Below are positions 50,501 to 64,000 of a stretch of 64,000 bases of DNA, piece by piece. Every line of letters begins with the position of its first letter. Within the stretch, counting starts at the first letter, position 1. The position numbers were made by a program, and so were the translations under genes. This DNA is from the human T2T-CHM13v2.0 reference genome, Homo sapiens. The DNA lies in NCBI RefSeq assembly GCF_009914755.1, contig NC_060947.1, one strand, 5' to 3'. The notes beneath the pieces are model-generated. The model was not told the origin of the DNA, did not search any database, and was given only the letters and a program-made list of their open reading frames with translations.

Positions 50501-52025
50501 AAAATTCCTAAATTATTTAAGATTCAGTTTCCTCAGCTGTAATAGTGGATCACCAAACAAAGATTTTCATGAGTATTAAGTGAGATATGGCCACAAAATG
50601 GCCTTAAGTCATGGCAAATTTTCATAAATGTTAAATTTTCCTTTTATATTACTTACTTCCATCATTGAATCAAGGAGTGAGATGGGTGGAATAGAAGATA
50701 ATTATATTCTTATATGCCTTCAGATACTGAGCATAGATCACTGTGTGTATCTAATCTTCATACCTACCTTGGAAACTCTGGTGTATCAAAGGAGCACCTG
50801 AAGCACTATATCAGAAAGCACCCTGGGTCTCCAGAAAAGCAGGGAACTCACTCATTAGTAGGAGCAAACAAAAGATAATATTCCTAGCTTTAAAGCACTG
50901 GTTGATGTCTAGTAAGTAAGAATACCTTTCACGGAATCATTGGATGTTCTTAAATGTCCTCTTCCTTAACTGTTAGAAAACTGTTTCTAATTTCCTTTTC
51001 TTAGTGGCCATAAACGGGAAAGAACCAGAATACCTATGGAGGGCCTAAAAGAGGTACAGTCCCTGTGGCCAAATCATTGTTAAAGAAGTAGGAGAAAGTT
51101 AGGTAATTATGAGAGTCTGTACTCCAATGATCAAATGCAGAGGTTGCTAACAGATGGACTGCAGCCACACCTGGCTTCCAAACAAGTTTTTCTTGTTCCA
51201 TGTAAGTGCCGAAAAATACCAGTTAAATGTAAGGCTTATAGCTATAAAGATACAATATTTCTCTAACTGTATTCTGTAGAACTTGTTTCTCAGGATAAAT
51301 TAATATTTTTTTCTGAGAAAATCAAACTATCCCATTGTTTAAAAAGCTTTAGGGAAGAATTAATGTGATCCCACTATCTCGTAGATTTAAAACATATAAT
51401 CATTTAATTAAAGAATCCAATAATTATTATAGTAAAAATATCTTTAACTGTTTCCAAATTATGTCTAATACTGAGATCCTTTTCAAGGAAAAATTGATAA
51501 CATGGATGCCACACAATTTGGGAAAATATCAGCTGATAATTTGGAGATGGACTTAGGTGATAGCAGGGGAATAGGAGAAGAGGACACAGGCAACCTGAAG
51601 GTGCAGGGGCAGAAGCATCTGTTCAGATGGCAGCAACTAAAGTAGTGAAGATGAATAAAACACTATAAGCATCAGTAATAGTGGCAGTATAAGTGATAGT
51701 AGAAACTGTATAAAGGGAGAATTCTGGGGGTTTTACCATCCCAGGAATGCAACTGAGTGGGGACTTGGTAACAAGTGACACTGTGATTGCCACCCAGAGC
51801 TATGATTGCTCTCTAGGCTTATATGCTCCCAGAAAATGATGCTCACTCTAATGTTTGACGCTGTCACCATATTCAAGGAAGGCAGAATAACATTTTACAT
51901 TTTACATTTGTAAAATGGGGCTATAATACATGAAAGCATCTTAGATCAGTGTCTATTATATGAATATCCTTCAGGGAAAGTTAAATATTGTCATTCTTAA
52001 TATTGTTATTATTTTTGGTACTATT

Positions 52026-52623
52026 TGTGATGATTAATATTAAGTGTCAGCTTGATTAGATTGGAAGTTGCCTAGATGGCTAGTAAAGTATTGTTTCTGG
52101 ATGTGTCTGTGAGGGTGTTGCCAGAGAAGACTGACATTTGAGCCAGTAGACTGGGATAGGAAGACCCACCCTCAATGTGAGTGGACACCATCCAATCAGC
52201 TGCTAGCATGGCTAGAACAAAGCAGGCAGAAGATGAGATAACCTTGCTTGCCGAGTTTTTTGGCTTCCTTCTTTTTCCTGTGCTGGATGCTCCTCCTGCC
52301 CTTGGATATAAGACTCCAGGTTCTTTGGCCTTTGGACTCTGGGAATTGCACCAGTGGCTTTCCAGGGCTTCTTGGGCCTTTGGCCACAGACTGAAGGATG
52401 CACTGTCAGCTTCCCTGGTTTTGCCACAGAATAAAAGCGGCACTATGGGCCTCCCTCGTTTTGAGGGCTTCAGACTCAGACTGAGCCACTACCGGCTTCT
52501 TTCTTCCCCAGATTGTGGGACTTTGCTGGCTAATCATGTGAGCCAAGTCTCCCTAATAAACTTTATTTTATATATACATATATCCTATTAGTTCTGTCCC
52601 TCTGTAGAACCCTGATTGATACA
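52026..52623 (+). mobile_element. MLT2A/B-like ERVL solo LTR
   Basis: tgtgatgattaatatt.agtgtca.cttgatt ... ctattagttctgtccctct.tagaaccctga..aca. Confidence 0.9.
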
Positions 52624-54894
52624 CTGTAATTTCAAGGGGTGCCTATGTTCTCAAACAAAAAATCAAAAAACAACACAACAGTGGCCAGGAAGAGCAATCA
52701 TAAACTCCCTTGACAAAATTTTATTTTGTAATTAATAACACATTTTATCACAAAATTTATTTTGATCTTGGCCTCCAGAATTATTTGTTGTCATTCTTAA
52801 TTTTAAGCTAGCCCTGTCTTGTAAAACTGTAGATAAGTAGGTCAGCTTTAAAAAATCATTGTTAAATACCACCAGAAGAGGGTGGCACATTTTCTCCTGG
52901 CTATGTGCACTTCTATGCTTCTTCTATATACTGCAAATTGACCTTATCTTGTCAATTAACTATTCAAGGTAGATTTCTAATGCTCATGGGAAACATATTC
53001 TGTATAGTGTTATATGACAATGAATAACAGTCTACTGCAAAATTGTAATGTAGCTACTTATCATTAAGTTGGAGGGTAATAACAAATAATATAAAGTCAG
53101 TAGTTATTCTACCACATTACAGACTGCACATTTAGTTTCTTTGCTTAACCAGTTCCATTTATACATTTCCTTAACTATCTCCCATAAGAGACTATAGCAG
53201 AAAGGTTTTGAAAACTCATGTAAATTAGTAATGCTAGATCACTTTTATATGGTAAGTTATTTGAAGTATTCCGTTTCTGAAGTCTTCTTGCATTGGTTGA
53301 TTTGCTTCTAAATGCATCACTCCACGGGGGTAAATGGAAATTGAAAACTCATTGTGTTATTTTCTGGATGTCATTACACAATCTGAGAGAAACTGCCAAT
53401 ATGACAGCAGTATCCCCATGAGAACAGGAAAAAACATCCATTTGCTTCATGACCAATATTATAGTGATCCTGTGGGAACTCCTTTTTGAAGTTTTAACAA
53501 TAATAGCTAATTTTATTTGCACTTTCATTTTACTAAGCACTTTACATACATTATTTAATATTTAAATAGCCTTAGGATGCCATGTAAATCATCCTTCACT
53601 GGTCTTTTTATTTCTTATTTTATACTCCATTCACAAAAAAGTCTTGTCAATTCTAATTCCCAAATATATCCTTTATCCATCTAATTCTCTCAGTCTCCCT
53701 GTACCACTTTAGTTGAAGCCATCATAATGTATCACTTGAATTACAAGAATAGCCATCATTTCCTTCAAGTGATTTTTCCTAAGATGAGCAAAATTCACCT
53801 TTGTTTGATATCAGAAGCCCAGGAGAGTTAGGTAATATGAAAGATAACAAACATGTTATCTAATTCTGTCCTCAGTATTAATGTAGACCAGCTTTGGCAC
53901 AACTTTCTCTATAATATGAGCAATCCTTTGTTTTCCATTGGTTATTCCAACAAATAGCTTCCATTTCGATATGAAGCTGTCTATAAACAGAGCTCAAATA
54001 TTTTAGGTATAAAAGAAGACAAGAAATCTGTTGTTTAAATATGCTTCACCACCCAGGGAAAAAAAAAACTGATTACAATTGATTCATTGCCACTGTCACA
54101 AACTTATTTGCTGATAGGGACCATTAAGTTTTGATAGTTTTATAAGCATTCTGCACTAACACCTATGCTAATGTGTTTCTACTCTATCTATTCTTCACTG
54201 TTTCTGTTACATAGATCAAAATGTACAAGTGTAGCACAAAATGATAATGCCAGTAATCTCTGAGACCAACAAGAACAGATAATCCATAAAGGAAAAATTA
54301 TCTTTTATGGAATAAGAAGATTCCTTTTTTATTTATTTCTTTTGTTGTTGTTGTTTATTTTATTTTCTTGTTCAAAACCCCTGCTAAGCACATCTGAGTA
54401 TGGGCTCTTTTTGAAGTTAATGGGAATTGTAGGCTTGGTTTAGCTCCACAGGGTATAAAGCAAGATGAAAATCAGAGTCCTAGTCTCATAGCAGAAAACA
54501 TCATAACAACCCTTGCTGTGCAATTATTAAGTACTGCTTTCTTTTTTGTTATTTATTTTGAAGCGATGACACAAACAGTCAAGGAAGAAGATTTTGTGAC
54601 CAGCTGCTTTTCAACATGGAGTCTACTGGAAGAAACAGATGTAGAATCTGTCAGTGAATGAAAGGACACAAGATTGGTTCAAGTTAATCCACATTTCACT
54701 GCAGGTTTTCAAGCTGGAATTAGATAATATATTTGAATTATTAGAGAAATTAAATCATGTAACATGACTTGTAATGCTCAGTGTTTTACTACCTGTATTT
54801 ATTTAATTCTTTCATATGTTTTTGCCTTTACTACCTCTTTTAAATTCTAGGCACTTTATGTCAAGGAATCTGAGGGTTTTTTTTAACTGTCAAT

Positions 54895-55027
54895 TATTTG
54901 TTTTATTTTAAAATATTTAATAATTAACAAAAACTGTATTCAAGGTATGCAATGTGATGATTTGATATATGTATACATTATATAGTAATTACCACAGTTA
55001 AATTAACCAATACATTTATCACCTCTT
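54895..55027 (-). mobile_element. L1MA-like 3' end fragment
   Basis: tattcaaggta..atgatttgatatatgtatacatt..attaccacagttaa. Confidence 0.65.
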
Positions 55028-55541
55028 TCAATTTTATGTATTCCAAGTGTGCGTGAGGACAGAAACAAGTCCCTAGTTAATGCCTCACCTAATCTTCTAA
55101 GAGGTCACCTGTATCCTTTACAACTCTCCTCAAAATCCCTTAAGTCTTCCATCTCTATCTCCCCCTCTTTTGCCATAGGATCTCTCCTGCTACTTCACAA
55201 AAGAAATAGAGACATCCAAGTACAAATTTCTCTCTCTCTTTCTCTCTCTGACCCCATTCCCCTCCACTTTTCTCTTCTTCTCCTTTGTTGCTTCTTCCTC
55301 CACCTGCATGCTGCATAACATGGAGACCTTTTTAGTCTTTTTGAGAATTAGAACACAGTATTTGACACTATAATGGACCTGGCTTCATCCAGAAGTAGCT
55401 AATAGTTTTTTCATGTAGAAAGTCCAACTGAAGGGCTGAGAGTGTTGCTGCTGAGGTAGCTGAGTAATTGTTTATCATGAAATACCATAAGTCTGTTTTT
55501 ATTACTGAACCTTGCAGGGAAAGGGGCAAAAAGTCCCTCTT

Positions 55542-55836
<295 letters not shown>

Positions 55837-56120
55837 GACTGGGCACGGTGGCTCACGCCTGTAATCCCAGCACTTTGGGAGGTCGAGATGGGTGGATCAC
55901 GAGGTCAGGAGATCGAGACCATCCTGGTTAACAAGGTGAAACCCCGACTCTACTAAAAATACAAAAAAAATTAGCCGGGCATGGTGGCAGGCGCCTGTAG
56001 TCCCAGCTCCTTGGGAGGCTGAGGCGGGAGAAAGGCTTGAATTGGGAGGCAGAGCTTGCAGTGAGAGGAGATCGCACCACTGCACTCCAGCCTGGGCGAC
56101 AGAGGGAGACTCCTTATCGG

Positions 56121-56148
<28 letters not shown>
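55837..56148 (+). mobile_element. AluY-like, second of the tandem pair
   Basis: Full Alu followed by A28; the pair shares the outer TSD aaaaagtccctctt (55528-41, 56144-57). Confidence 0.96.
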
Positions 56149-56153
<5 letters not shown>

Positions 56154-57495
56154 TCTTACCATTTCCCAGAAGTGTATTTTAATTTGAAGATATAGTTCCT
56201 AGGCACTTTATAAAGTGATATTTACTTCACTAATACATGATATTCAATATTGGACTTTCCAGACAGAAAAAGAAATTTTATTTTAATTTTTTTATTATTT
56301 ACCATGTTTTCACTAGCATTCCTTTTTTTTTTTTCTCAAACTGGCATGTAACCTGTGAAAGTGATTTTTATGCTTCTTTCCTGATAAAAGCCAGCATGTT
56401 TTATCTTCTAAAAGTATATGATTTGGACTTTCAAAGGGTAAAATGATACAAGTTAAACGGCAACTTTCACCTCAGAACTAATGATAGGTGTAGTAGACAA
56501 AAGAAAGCAAAAGACTTCAGAGGAGGGTTTAGGCCACAGAATATTAGAGCTAGAAAGGAATTTAGAGATAATTTAATACAAACCCCTCATTTTGCAGAGG
56601 AAGACACCTCTGAAACTTGAGGTTCTATAGAATGCTGAGAAAATAAAGTGCATTGTAGGTAGGATCAAGCTTTCACTTCCCCTTTCATTGCCTTTTACCC
56701 ATCACATGAGTCCCAAAACAAAATTATTGTGAAAGAAGTAAATAAATGTGAATTGTCAATTCTTATTAAATTAAAGCTTAAAAAATCATTAAAAAGATAC
56801 CAAATTGTGCCTTAATTGTACTTCTGATATTAATATTTAAATAATCAGCTTTTGAAAACATTAATGACACATATTTAAAATATACAAATACTAAGAATCA
56901 GGAAAAAAATAGTACCTAACATTGAGTTATTTAAAAAAAAATTAAAATAGGACCTAGGCTGTATCAGAGAGGTTTTTGTTGTGTGGTTGTGTTTTTGGCT
57001 TTTTTTCTCTTGCTATAAACTCCACTCAAAAATGAGTTGTCTGATCTATAAAATATGATATATGACTTAAAATAGCTAAAATAGTAGAAATTAATCACAT
57101 TTAAACCTCTCAGATGCTATAACAATGATGAATGGTAACCTACAGAGTGCTGCTGAATCATCCAGCATTTTATCTGTGATACTGTAGGTCTCATCTACAG
57201 ATACACTGATCTTCACTGTGCCCCTGACAGATTTGGTTATCTAATTTCAGCTTTTGAACATTCAGCTTGGTATTTCAAAGTCATTGCTTATTTTTTAAAA
57301 GCATATACCAAGCTTGCCAACAATTCTGTTGATTACTCTTCGGTCACCTTTCTTGTCTCATGAATCACAGGCACGAGACATGTCTCATGAATCTTAGTCA
57401 TATTGTGAATAAAATAAACCATTAATTTCAAGTGACGGAAATGAAGAGATGTTTTTGTGGAAGTGTTAAAAGCTGCAATAGAATGTGTGATTATA

Positions 57496-57640
57496 TTGAT
57501 TCATTCATTTATTTATTCATTCAAAAACTATCTACTATTTATTAGGACAGTAATCTAGGCATTGAGGATATAGTGGTGAGCAAAACAGATACAGGCCCAG
57601 TACACTAGTATGTACATTCTAGCTGGCACAGGAAATACAG
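57496..57640 (-). mobile_element. L2 3' end
   Basis: attcattcatt..ctaggcattgaggatatagtggtgagcaaaacaga. Confidence 0.7.
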
Positions 57641-58094
57641 CAGTCTTGCCTTAGGGATGAAGCACTGTAGGCAGAGAAGTAAAATACAGGAAAGAGTCAT
57701 GTGTGATGGAGTTTGGTTTAAGATTTTTGGTGGCTCAGAACGGGCCACTCAGTACCCCCTTGGGTGACAAAGATGGGGATAAATGAAGATTGTATCTTTC
57801 TTTTGTGAAACCACTGTTTTTACATTGTGAGCTCCTACTCACCTTTCAAAATCTGGCTCTAATATCTCCTTTTTTAGGAAGCCATTTTAAGTAAGCATTT
57901 CAGACAGCAGATAGGAAAGGCATGTAAGAAGGTATTATCAGATTTTACTTAGATTCCAGACATTTTCCTGACTCCTCCCCATCTTGTGCCCAATCGGCTT
58001 CCTAATATCTATTCAGAATGACTCAACTCTGTAGTCTTCTTGGAGATTGTGTCTCCACACTACTGACTCCAGATACCTTCAAAAATGGTAGTTA

Positions 58095-60793
58095 CTAGCT
58101 AGACTAATGCAGAAATAAAGATAGAAGATCCAAATAAACACTATCAGAAATGACAAAGGGGACAATACCAATGACCCCATAGTGAGACAAAAAACCCTGA
58201 GACTATATGAATACCTTTATCAGATAAATTGAAAAAACATAGAAGAAATGGATAAATACCTAGAAACATACAATCTCCAAAGAAAAAAACAGAGGAAGTG
58301 GAATCCTTGTACAGAATGATAATTAGTTCCAAAATTGAATAAGTAATAAAAAACCTAACAACCAGAAAAAGCCTAGGATTAGATGGACTTATAGCTGAAT
58401 TCTATCAGATATATAAAGAGGAGCTGGCACATTCCTACTGAAACTATTCCAAAACATTGAAGAGGAACTCCTCCTTACATCATTCTATGAGGTCAGCATC
58501 ATCCTGATACCAAAACCCGGCAGAGACAGAACAAAAAAAAAAAAAAAAAGAAAATATCAGGCCAATATCCTTGATGAACATACATGCAAATATCCTCAAC
58601 AAAATACTAGCCAACCATATCCAGCAGAACATACAAAAGCTAATTCACCACAATAAATTAGGCTTCATCCCTGGGATGGAAGATGAATTAAACATATGCA
58701 AATCAATCAATGTAGTTTATCACAAAAACAGACCTTAAAACAAAATCTACATGAGCATCTCAGTAGTCACAGAAAAGACTTTCAATAAAATTCAACATTC
58801 CTTCATGTTAAAGCCCTCAACAAACTAGGTATTGAAGGAACATACCTCAAAATAATATGAGCCATCTATGACACACTCACAGCCAACATCGTACTGAATG
58901 GACGAAAGCTGGAAGCATTCATCTCAAGACTCAAAACAAGACAAGAATGCTCACTATCACCACTCCTATTCAACAGAGGACTGGAAGTCCTTGCTAGAGC
59001 AATCAGGCAGAACAAAGAAACAAAAGGCTTGCAAATAGGAAGAGAAGAAGTCAAACTATGCATGTTTTCAGATGACATGGTCGATACCTAGAAAACCCCA
59101 TAGTCTCTGCCCAAAGGCTCCTTGATTTGATAAATAACCTTAGCAAAGTTTCAGGATACAAAATCAATGTACACTAATCAGTAATATTTCTATACACCAA
59201 TAAAGTCCAAGTTGAGAGCCAAATCAAGAACACAATCCCATTCATAATAGCCACACAAAGAATAAAATACCTAGGAATACAGATAAGCAGAGAGGTGAAA
59301 GATCTCTATAAGAAGAATGATAAAACACTCCTCAAAAAAATCAGATGATGCAAACAAATGGAAAATTTTTCCATACTTACGGATAGCAAGAATCAATATT
59401 GTTAAAATGGCCACACTTCCAAAAGCAATCTACAGATTCAATGCTATTCCTATCGAACTAACAATGACATTCCTCACAGAATTAGGAAAACTAATTTAGA
59501 ATTCATATGGAACCAAAAAAGAACCCAAATAGCCAAGGCAATCCTAAGCAAAATAAACAAAGCTGGAGGCATCACGTTACCCAACTTCAAACTACACTAC
59601 GAGGCAACAGTAATTAAAAAAAAAAACATGATATTGGCACAAAAACAGGCACATAGACCAACGGAACAGAAAAGGGAGCCCAGAAATATTGCTGCATACC
59701 TAAAGTCATCTGATCTTTGACAAAGTCAACAAAAACAAGCAATGGGGATAAGAATCCTTATTCAATAAATGGTGCTGGGATAACTGGTTTATCACATACA
59801 GAAGACTGAAACTGGAGCCCTTCCTTTCAGTATATACAAAAGTCAACTCAAGATCTATTTAAGACTTAAATGTAAAACTTTAAACTATAGCAATTCTAGA
59901 AGAAAACCTAGACAATGCTATCTGGACATATAACCTGGCAAATATTTCATGACAAAGACACCAAAAGCAGTTGTAAGAAAAGCAAAAATTGACAAATGGA
60001 ATCTAGTTAAACTTAAGAGCTTCTGCCCATCAAAAGAAACTATCAACTGAGTAAACAGACAATCTACAGTATGGGAGAAACTATTTGCAAACTATGGATC
60101 TGACAAAGTCTGATATTCAAACTCTATAAGGAACTTGAACAAATTAACTAGAAAAAAGCAAACAAGCCCATTAAAAAGATGAGTAAAGACAATAGTAGAC
60201 ACTTTTTAAAAGAAGACATATATGTGAACAGCAACTATATGAAAAAAGTGCTTAACATCTCTAATCATTAGAGAAATGCAAATCAAAACCATGAGATACC
60301 ATCTCACACCAGTGAGGAAAGCTAGTATTAAAAAGTCTAAAAATAACAGAAGCTAGAGAAGTTGGGGGGAAAAAGGGATGCTTATACACTGTTGATGGGA
60401 GTGTAAATTATTTCAGACCTTTTGGAAGACAGTGTGGTGATTTCTCAAATACCTAAAAACAGAACTCCCATTTCACCCAGCAATCTCATTACTGGATATA
60501 TACTCAAAGGAATAAAATTAATTCTATCATAATGGCACATGCATGCATATGTTCATTGCAGCACTAATCACAAAAGCAAAGAAATAGAATCATCTCAAAT
60601 GTCCATCAATGGTAGACTGGATTTTAAAAGTGTGGTAAATATATACCATTGAATACTATGTAGCCAAAAGGGAATGAGATTATGTCCTTTGCAGCAACAT
60701 TAATGGTGTTGGAGGCCATTATGCTAAGTGAACTAATGCAGAAACAGAAAACCAAATACCACATGTTCTCACTTATATGTGGTAGCTACATAC
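58095..60793 (+). mobile_element. Older L1 (L1PA13-16/L1PB-like) ORF2, lacking most of the 3'UTR and the poly-A
   Basis: Degenerate ORF2 ([17 protein letters not shown]); stops just after gttctcacttata. Confidence 0.92.
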
Positions 60794-61071
60794 TGGAACA
60801 TATCTCAAAATAATAAGAGCTATTTATGACAAACCCACAGCCAATATCAGACTGAATGGGCAAAAGCCAGAAGCATTCCCTTTGAAAATGAGCACAGGAC
60901 AAGGATGCCCTCTCTCACCACTCCTATTCAACATTCTATTGGAAGCTCTGGCCAGGGCAATCAGGCAAAAGAAAGAAATAAAGGGTATTCAAATAGGAAG
61001 AGAGGGAGTCAAATTGTCTCTGTTTGCAGATGACATCATTCAATATTTAGAAAACCCCATCATATCAGCCC
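60794..61071 (+). mobile_element. Younger L1PA RT-domain fragment without tail or TSD
   Basis: [45 protein letters not shown]. Confidence 0.92.
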
Positions 61072-61269
61072 TGCTGTGGCTCTGACTATTATATTTTATC
61101 AAGTTGGTATCAGCCTCCAAGACAAGCAGATGGAGGTTCATGATTGTTTCCCTTTGGGGTTTCAGTCCAAGCTGCTCTATTTGATATCTTTTCCTTTGGG
61201 ATTTTTGCTTGAAGATACTGTGCTTGATTTTCAGAAATGAAGTCCTCAGCACCAGATATTTTAATCTAA

Positions 61270-61480
61270 GAAAACTCTTGGAATATCAGGAGTATTTGAC
61301 ATATTTTATCACGGTCTCCCACTTGAAACACTTTTTCCACATTGCTGCCAAAATGCTACGCTTTCTGATTTTGAATCTATATCAATGCCTGCTCTATCTC
61401 AGCTACCTTTTGTACTATATCTTCTGGACACTTCTTTTCATATTGTCAATCAACATCTGAAGGTAAATTTCACAAATGGC
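61270..61480 (+). mobile_element. Ancient L2-like fragment
   Basis: Reverse complement gtgtttcaag..gtgataa..tgtcaaatactcctga resembles L2. Confidence 0.45.
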
Positions 61481-62879
61481 ACTTGGAATTTTCTGAATGG
61501 GATAGAAAATTCATTTATGAAACTTAACAATTTTATTCGAGTTCATATGACAGTCCTTTTATTCCAAGAGGTTATCTCTGGCAAAAGCACCAAAAGAAGT
61601 TCAACAATTTTAACATTATATCTGTTATTTAGTTATTTAATATCTTATATTATATGTCCCATTACAGATATGTTTATCCATGATTACATAAAAATAATTT
61701 TCTTTTTCATAAATCTGTGTTTTATTTCTTCATTTCCCTTCCTGAGCATTCTGAAAGTTTGCTATCTGCTATTTTAAGTAATATTTTTGTTTGACCACTT
61801 AATTATTCTCTACCTTTAGTTTCTTTCTTTATTTACCTTAAAAAAAGTTACTAAAGGAGCACATGCTTGTTGTATCAAGTGAAATTGCATAGAGATTTAT
61901 AAAGTGATGTAAATAGTCCCCTCTTTCTTCTCTAAATCCATCTCCACCTCCCAATCCCACACTTTGATGTAGTAACCAATATTAAAAATGGAATATTATA
62001 TACAATATTAACAGTTAAGTGTATACATAAACTTTATAAGGATAATATTTTTTGAAATAACTCCTATTGTGCTTCTCTTTTCAGTAGCCCATTATTTTTC
62101 CATCATCATTGCCAATGGGAAGAAAAAGGCTAAATGCAGCCGAGGGAAGAAAGAAAATAAGATGTTTAAGAAGGTCATCACAGTCAGAGAGAGAAACTAA
62201 TTGATGCCAACTATAGTTCCTAAAGGAAAATCTTGGATAGTACACAAAGGTAGGGATAAGTGAGAGAAGATCCTCCTGATTTCTCCATACAGACAAGTTT
62301 GGCATGGCAGCGATTTCTATGTTTCCCATGCGCCTAAATTTGACTCTAGAAGAAGAGTGGCACAGAGATTCCAGCCCCTTTACTTTCCTTACTCCCTTTA
62401 AGAAGTGACTTTGTAGGACAACCTTGCCCTATAAGAAGGCTTTGAGGTGAATATCTTACTCGTGATGAAGTGGGGCGGTAGACATGCTTCTGTAGCCTCC
62501 CTGATATTGCGACTCTGTGGGGAGGGTGTGGAGCTGGATACCCAACGTTATTACCAGTGCCCATGATTGCAACATCAGTGACGTATCACCAGTGCCTAAA
62601 ACAAACCTGCCTGGGAATAGTAACAGAACAAATCTCGAGATTTATTATTTATGCATATCAACAGCTGATGGCATTTTGATGCCCAGAGAGAAAATTAAGT
62701 CAATGAAGTGTATTACGTCAGAAACCTGTGAAGACTTGGAAGATAGGGTGTATACACATGTACCCCCTCCTCCATCACCATGAGGACATGTAAACTTTTG
62801 TCAACACACAGATGCTGGCACTGCAAGAAAGACAGAATTCTGAAAGTGTCAACATTTATTGTAAAGTGTAACCTAAAAT

Positions 62880-63080
62880 GCCAGTTCTTCATGTTCATGT
62901 AAGAACATGGGAAAATCACTTAAATGCTGTTTCCCTCAGTTTCTTTGAGTATAAAAGGAGTTATAACAGTACCTGTCTCATAAGATTACTATGAAAGTTA
63001 AATGAATTATATATGTAAAGCATTTAGAATACTACCTGGTACATATTAAAAGCTATAGCTATGTATGTGTTACTTATTAT
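62880..63080 (+). mobile_element. MIR SINE
   Basis: cctcagtttc..taacagtacct.tctcata.gatt..aagcatttagaa. Confidence 0.75.
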
Positions 63081-63221
63081 GAAATTGGAATAGACATGGA
63101 TGCCTTTGTTTGGCAGAAATTATCATTTTCCACCAATCTGTCTTTTTTACTACACAGTAGAATCAAGACTATGGATTAGATCAGTTATAGAAGCTAAAAT
63201 TCTTTGGCAATCTACATTGTA

Positions 63222-63258
63222 GTGTGTGCGTGTGTGTGTGTGTGTATATATTATATAT
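63222..63258. repeat. (TG)n/(TA)n microsatellite
   Basis: gtgtgtgcgtgtgtgtgtgtgtgtatatat. Confidence 0.85.
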
Positions 63259-64000
63259 AGTGTACATATATAAGTAACATTTTTTCTTTTTCTGTCTCAA
63301 AAAATGGGATCTTTCTTAATTTCAGTAGGTATTTCCAGTTTATTAACATACCAGGACTTAGTAAATATGTCTGAGTTGATAATATTGGTATCTTTCATGA
63401 GTCCATAAATTTTAATCGTATTTCCTTTTGCCTTCATTTCCAGATAATCAAGTCCTAATATTTTTTAATCTCTCCTTATCATTTGATATATGTTGCCACA
63501 GCTGTTGGAGAAACTACAATAATAAGATGTGGTAAATTCTAGCTTATGTTTACAACTAGACGAATAGGGATAATCTTAATTAAGAGCAGTTACTCTAGAC
63601 ACAGAGAAATTAAAAATGATCAAAGACCGTTCCAGTTCCAATTCTTGTTAGTACAGTATTTGAACACTGACTTGCTGTGATACATTGCTTCATTAATTAG
63701 AAAGAGATGAGCTGCTAGATTTTTATTTGAAAATCAGTGTCAATGGATACACATTTATTTAACAAAAGGAGAGCAGCAATAATTGAGAGCTTTATTGTTT
63801 AGGAACAGAATTCCCTATAAAAACCTTAAAAATGCAGAGGTTGGTCACAAACAATACATTTTTTCAAAGTAAATTTGTTTTTTTTAAAATTTCATTATAG
63901 CAATTTGAAAAGTTTTTAGGGAGCTCAAAGTTTATTCAGTGGTGGACTGCAGAATAGATGGTCATAAGACTTTGCAACATGTTCACCAGGATTCTGCTAG

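Noticed and set aside
61071-61780. Coding-looking sequence and ORFs of 83 and 130 aa
   Set aside because: Low-complexity hydrophobic translations from AT-rich DNA, partly L2-like; the minus-strand frames have stops

Overview
AT-rich, repeat-dense primate (human/ape-like) genomic DNA with no intact protein-coding gene that I can recognise; nearly all ORFs in the track are L1, Alu or LTR remnants or chance ORFs. The main gene-derived feature is a near-full-length CAPZA1 processed pseudogene (minus strand, 31982-34323). It has frameshifts, stops, a long 3'UTR, an A-tail and a TSD. It sits inside a truncated MER4-type ERV1 provirus that also hosts nested solo LTRs (LTR8, MER50-like, THE1/MST remnant with an AluY). 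Other repeats include L1s of several ages, Alus, MaLR/ERVL LTRs, a Tigger3b-like transposon, MIR and L2. The most unusual structures are two tail-less, TSD-less young L1 fragments joined to truncated older elements (possible DSB-repair patches), several micro template-switch scars, a CpG-intact (GGGGC)n tract in the ERV leader, and a CpG/CRE-rich unique segment near 62.3-62.75 kb. I found no evidence for a novel multi-gene system. Subfamily names come from recalled consensus sequences, not from a database search.
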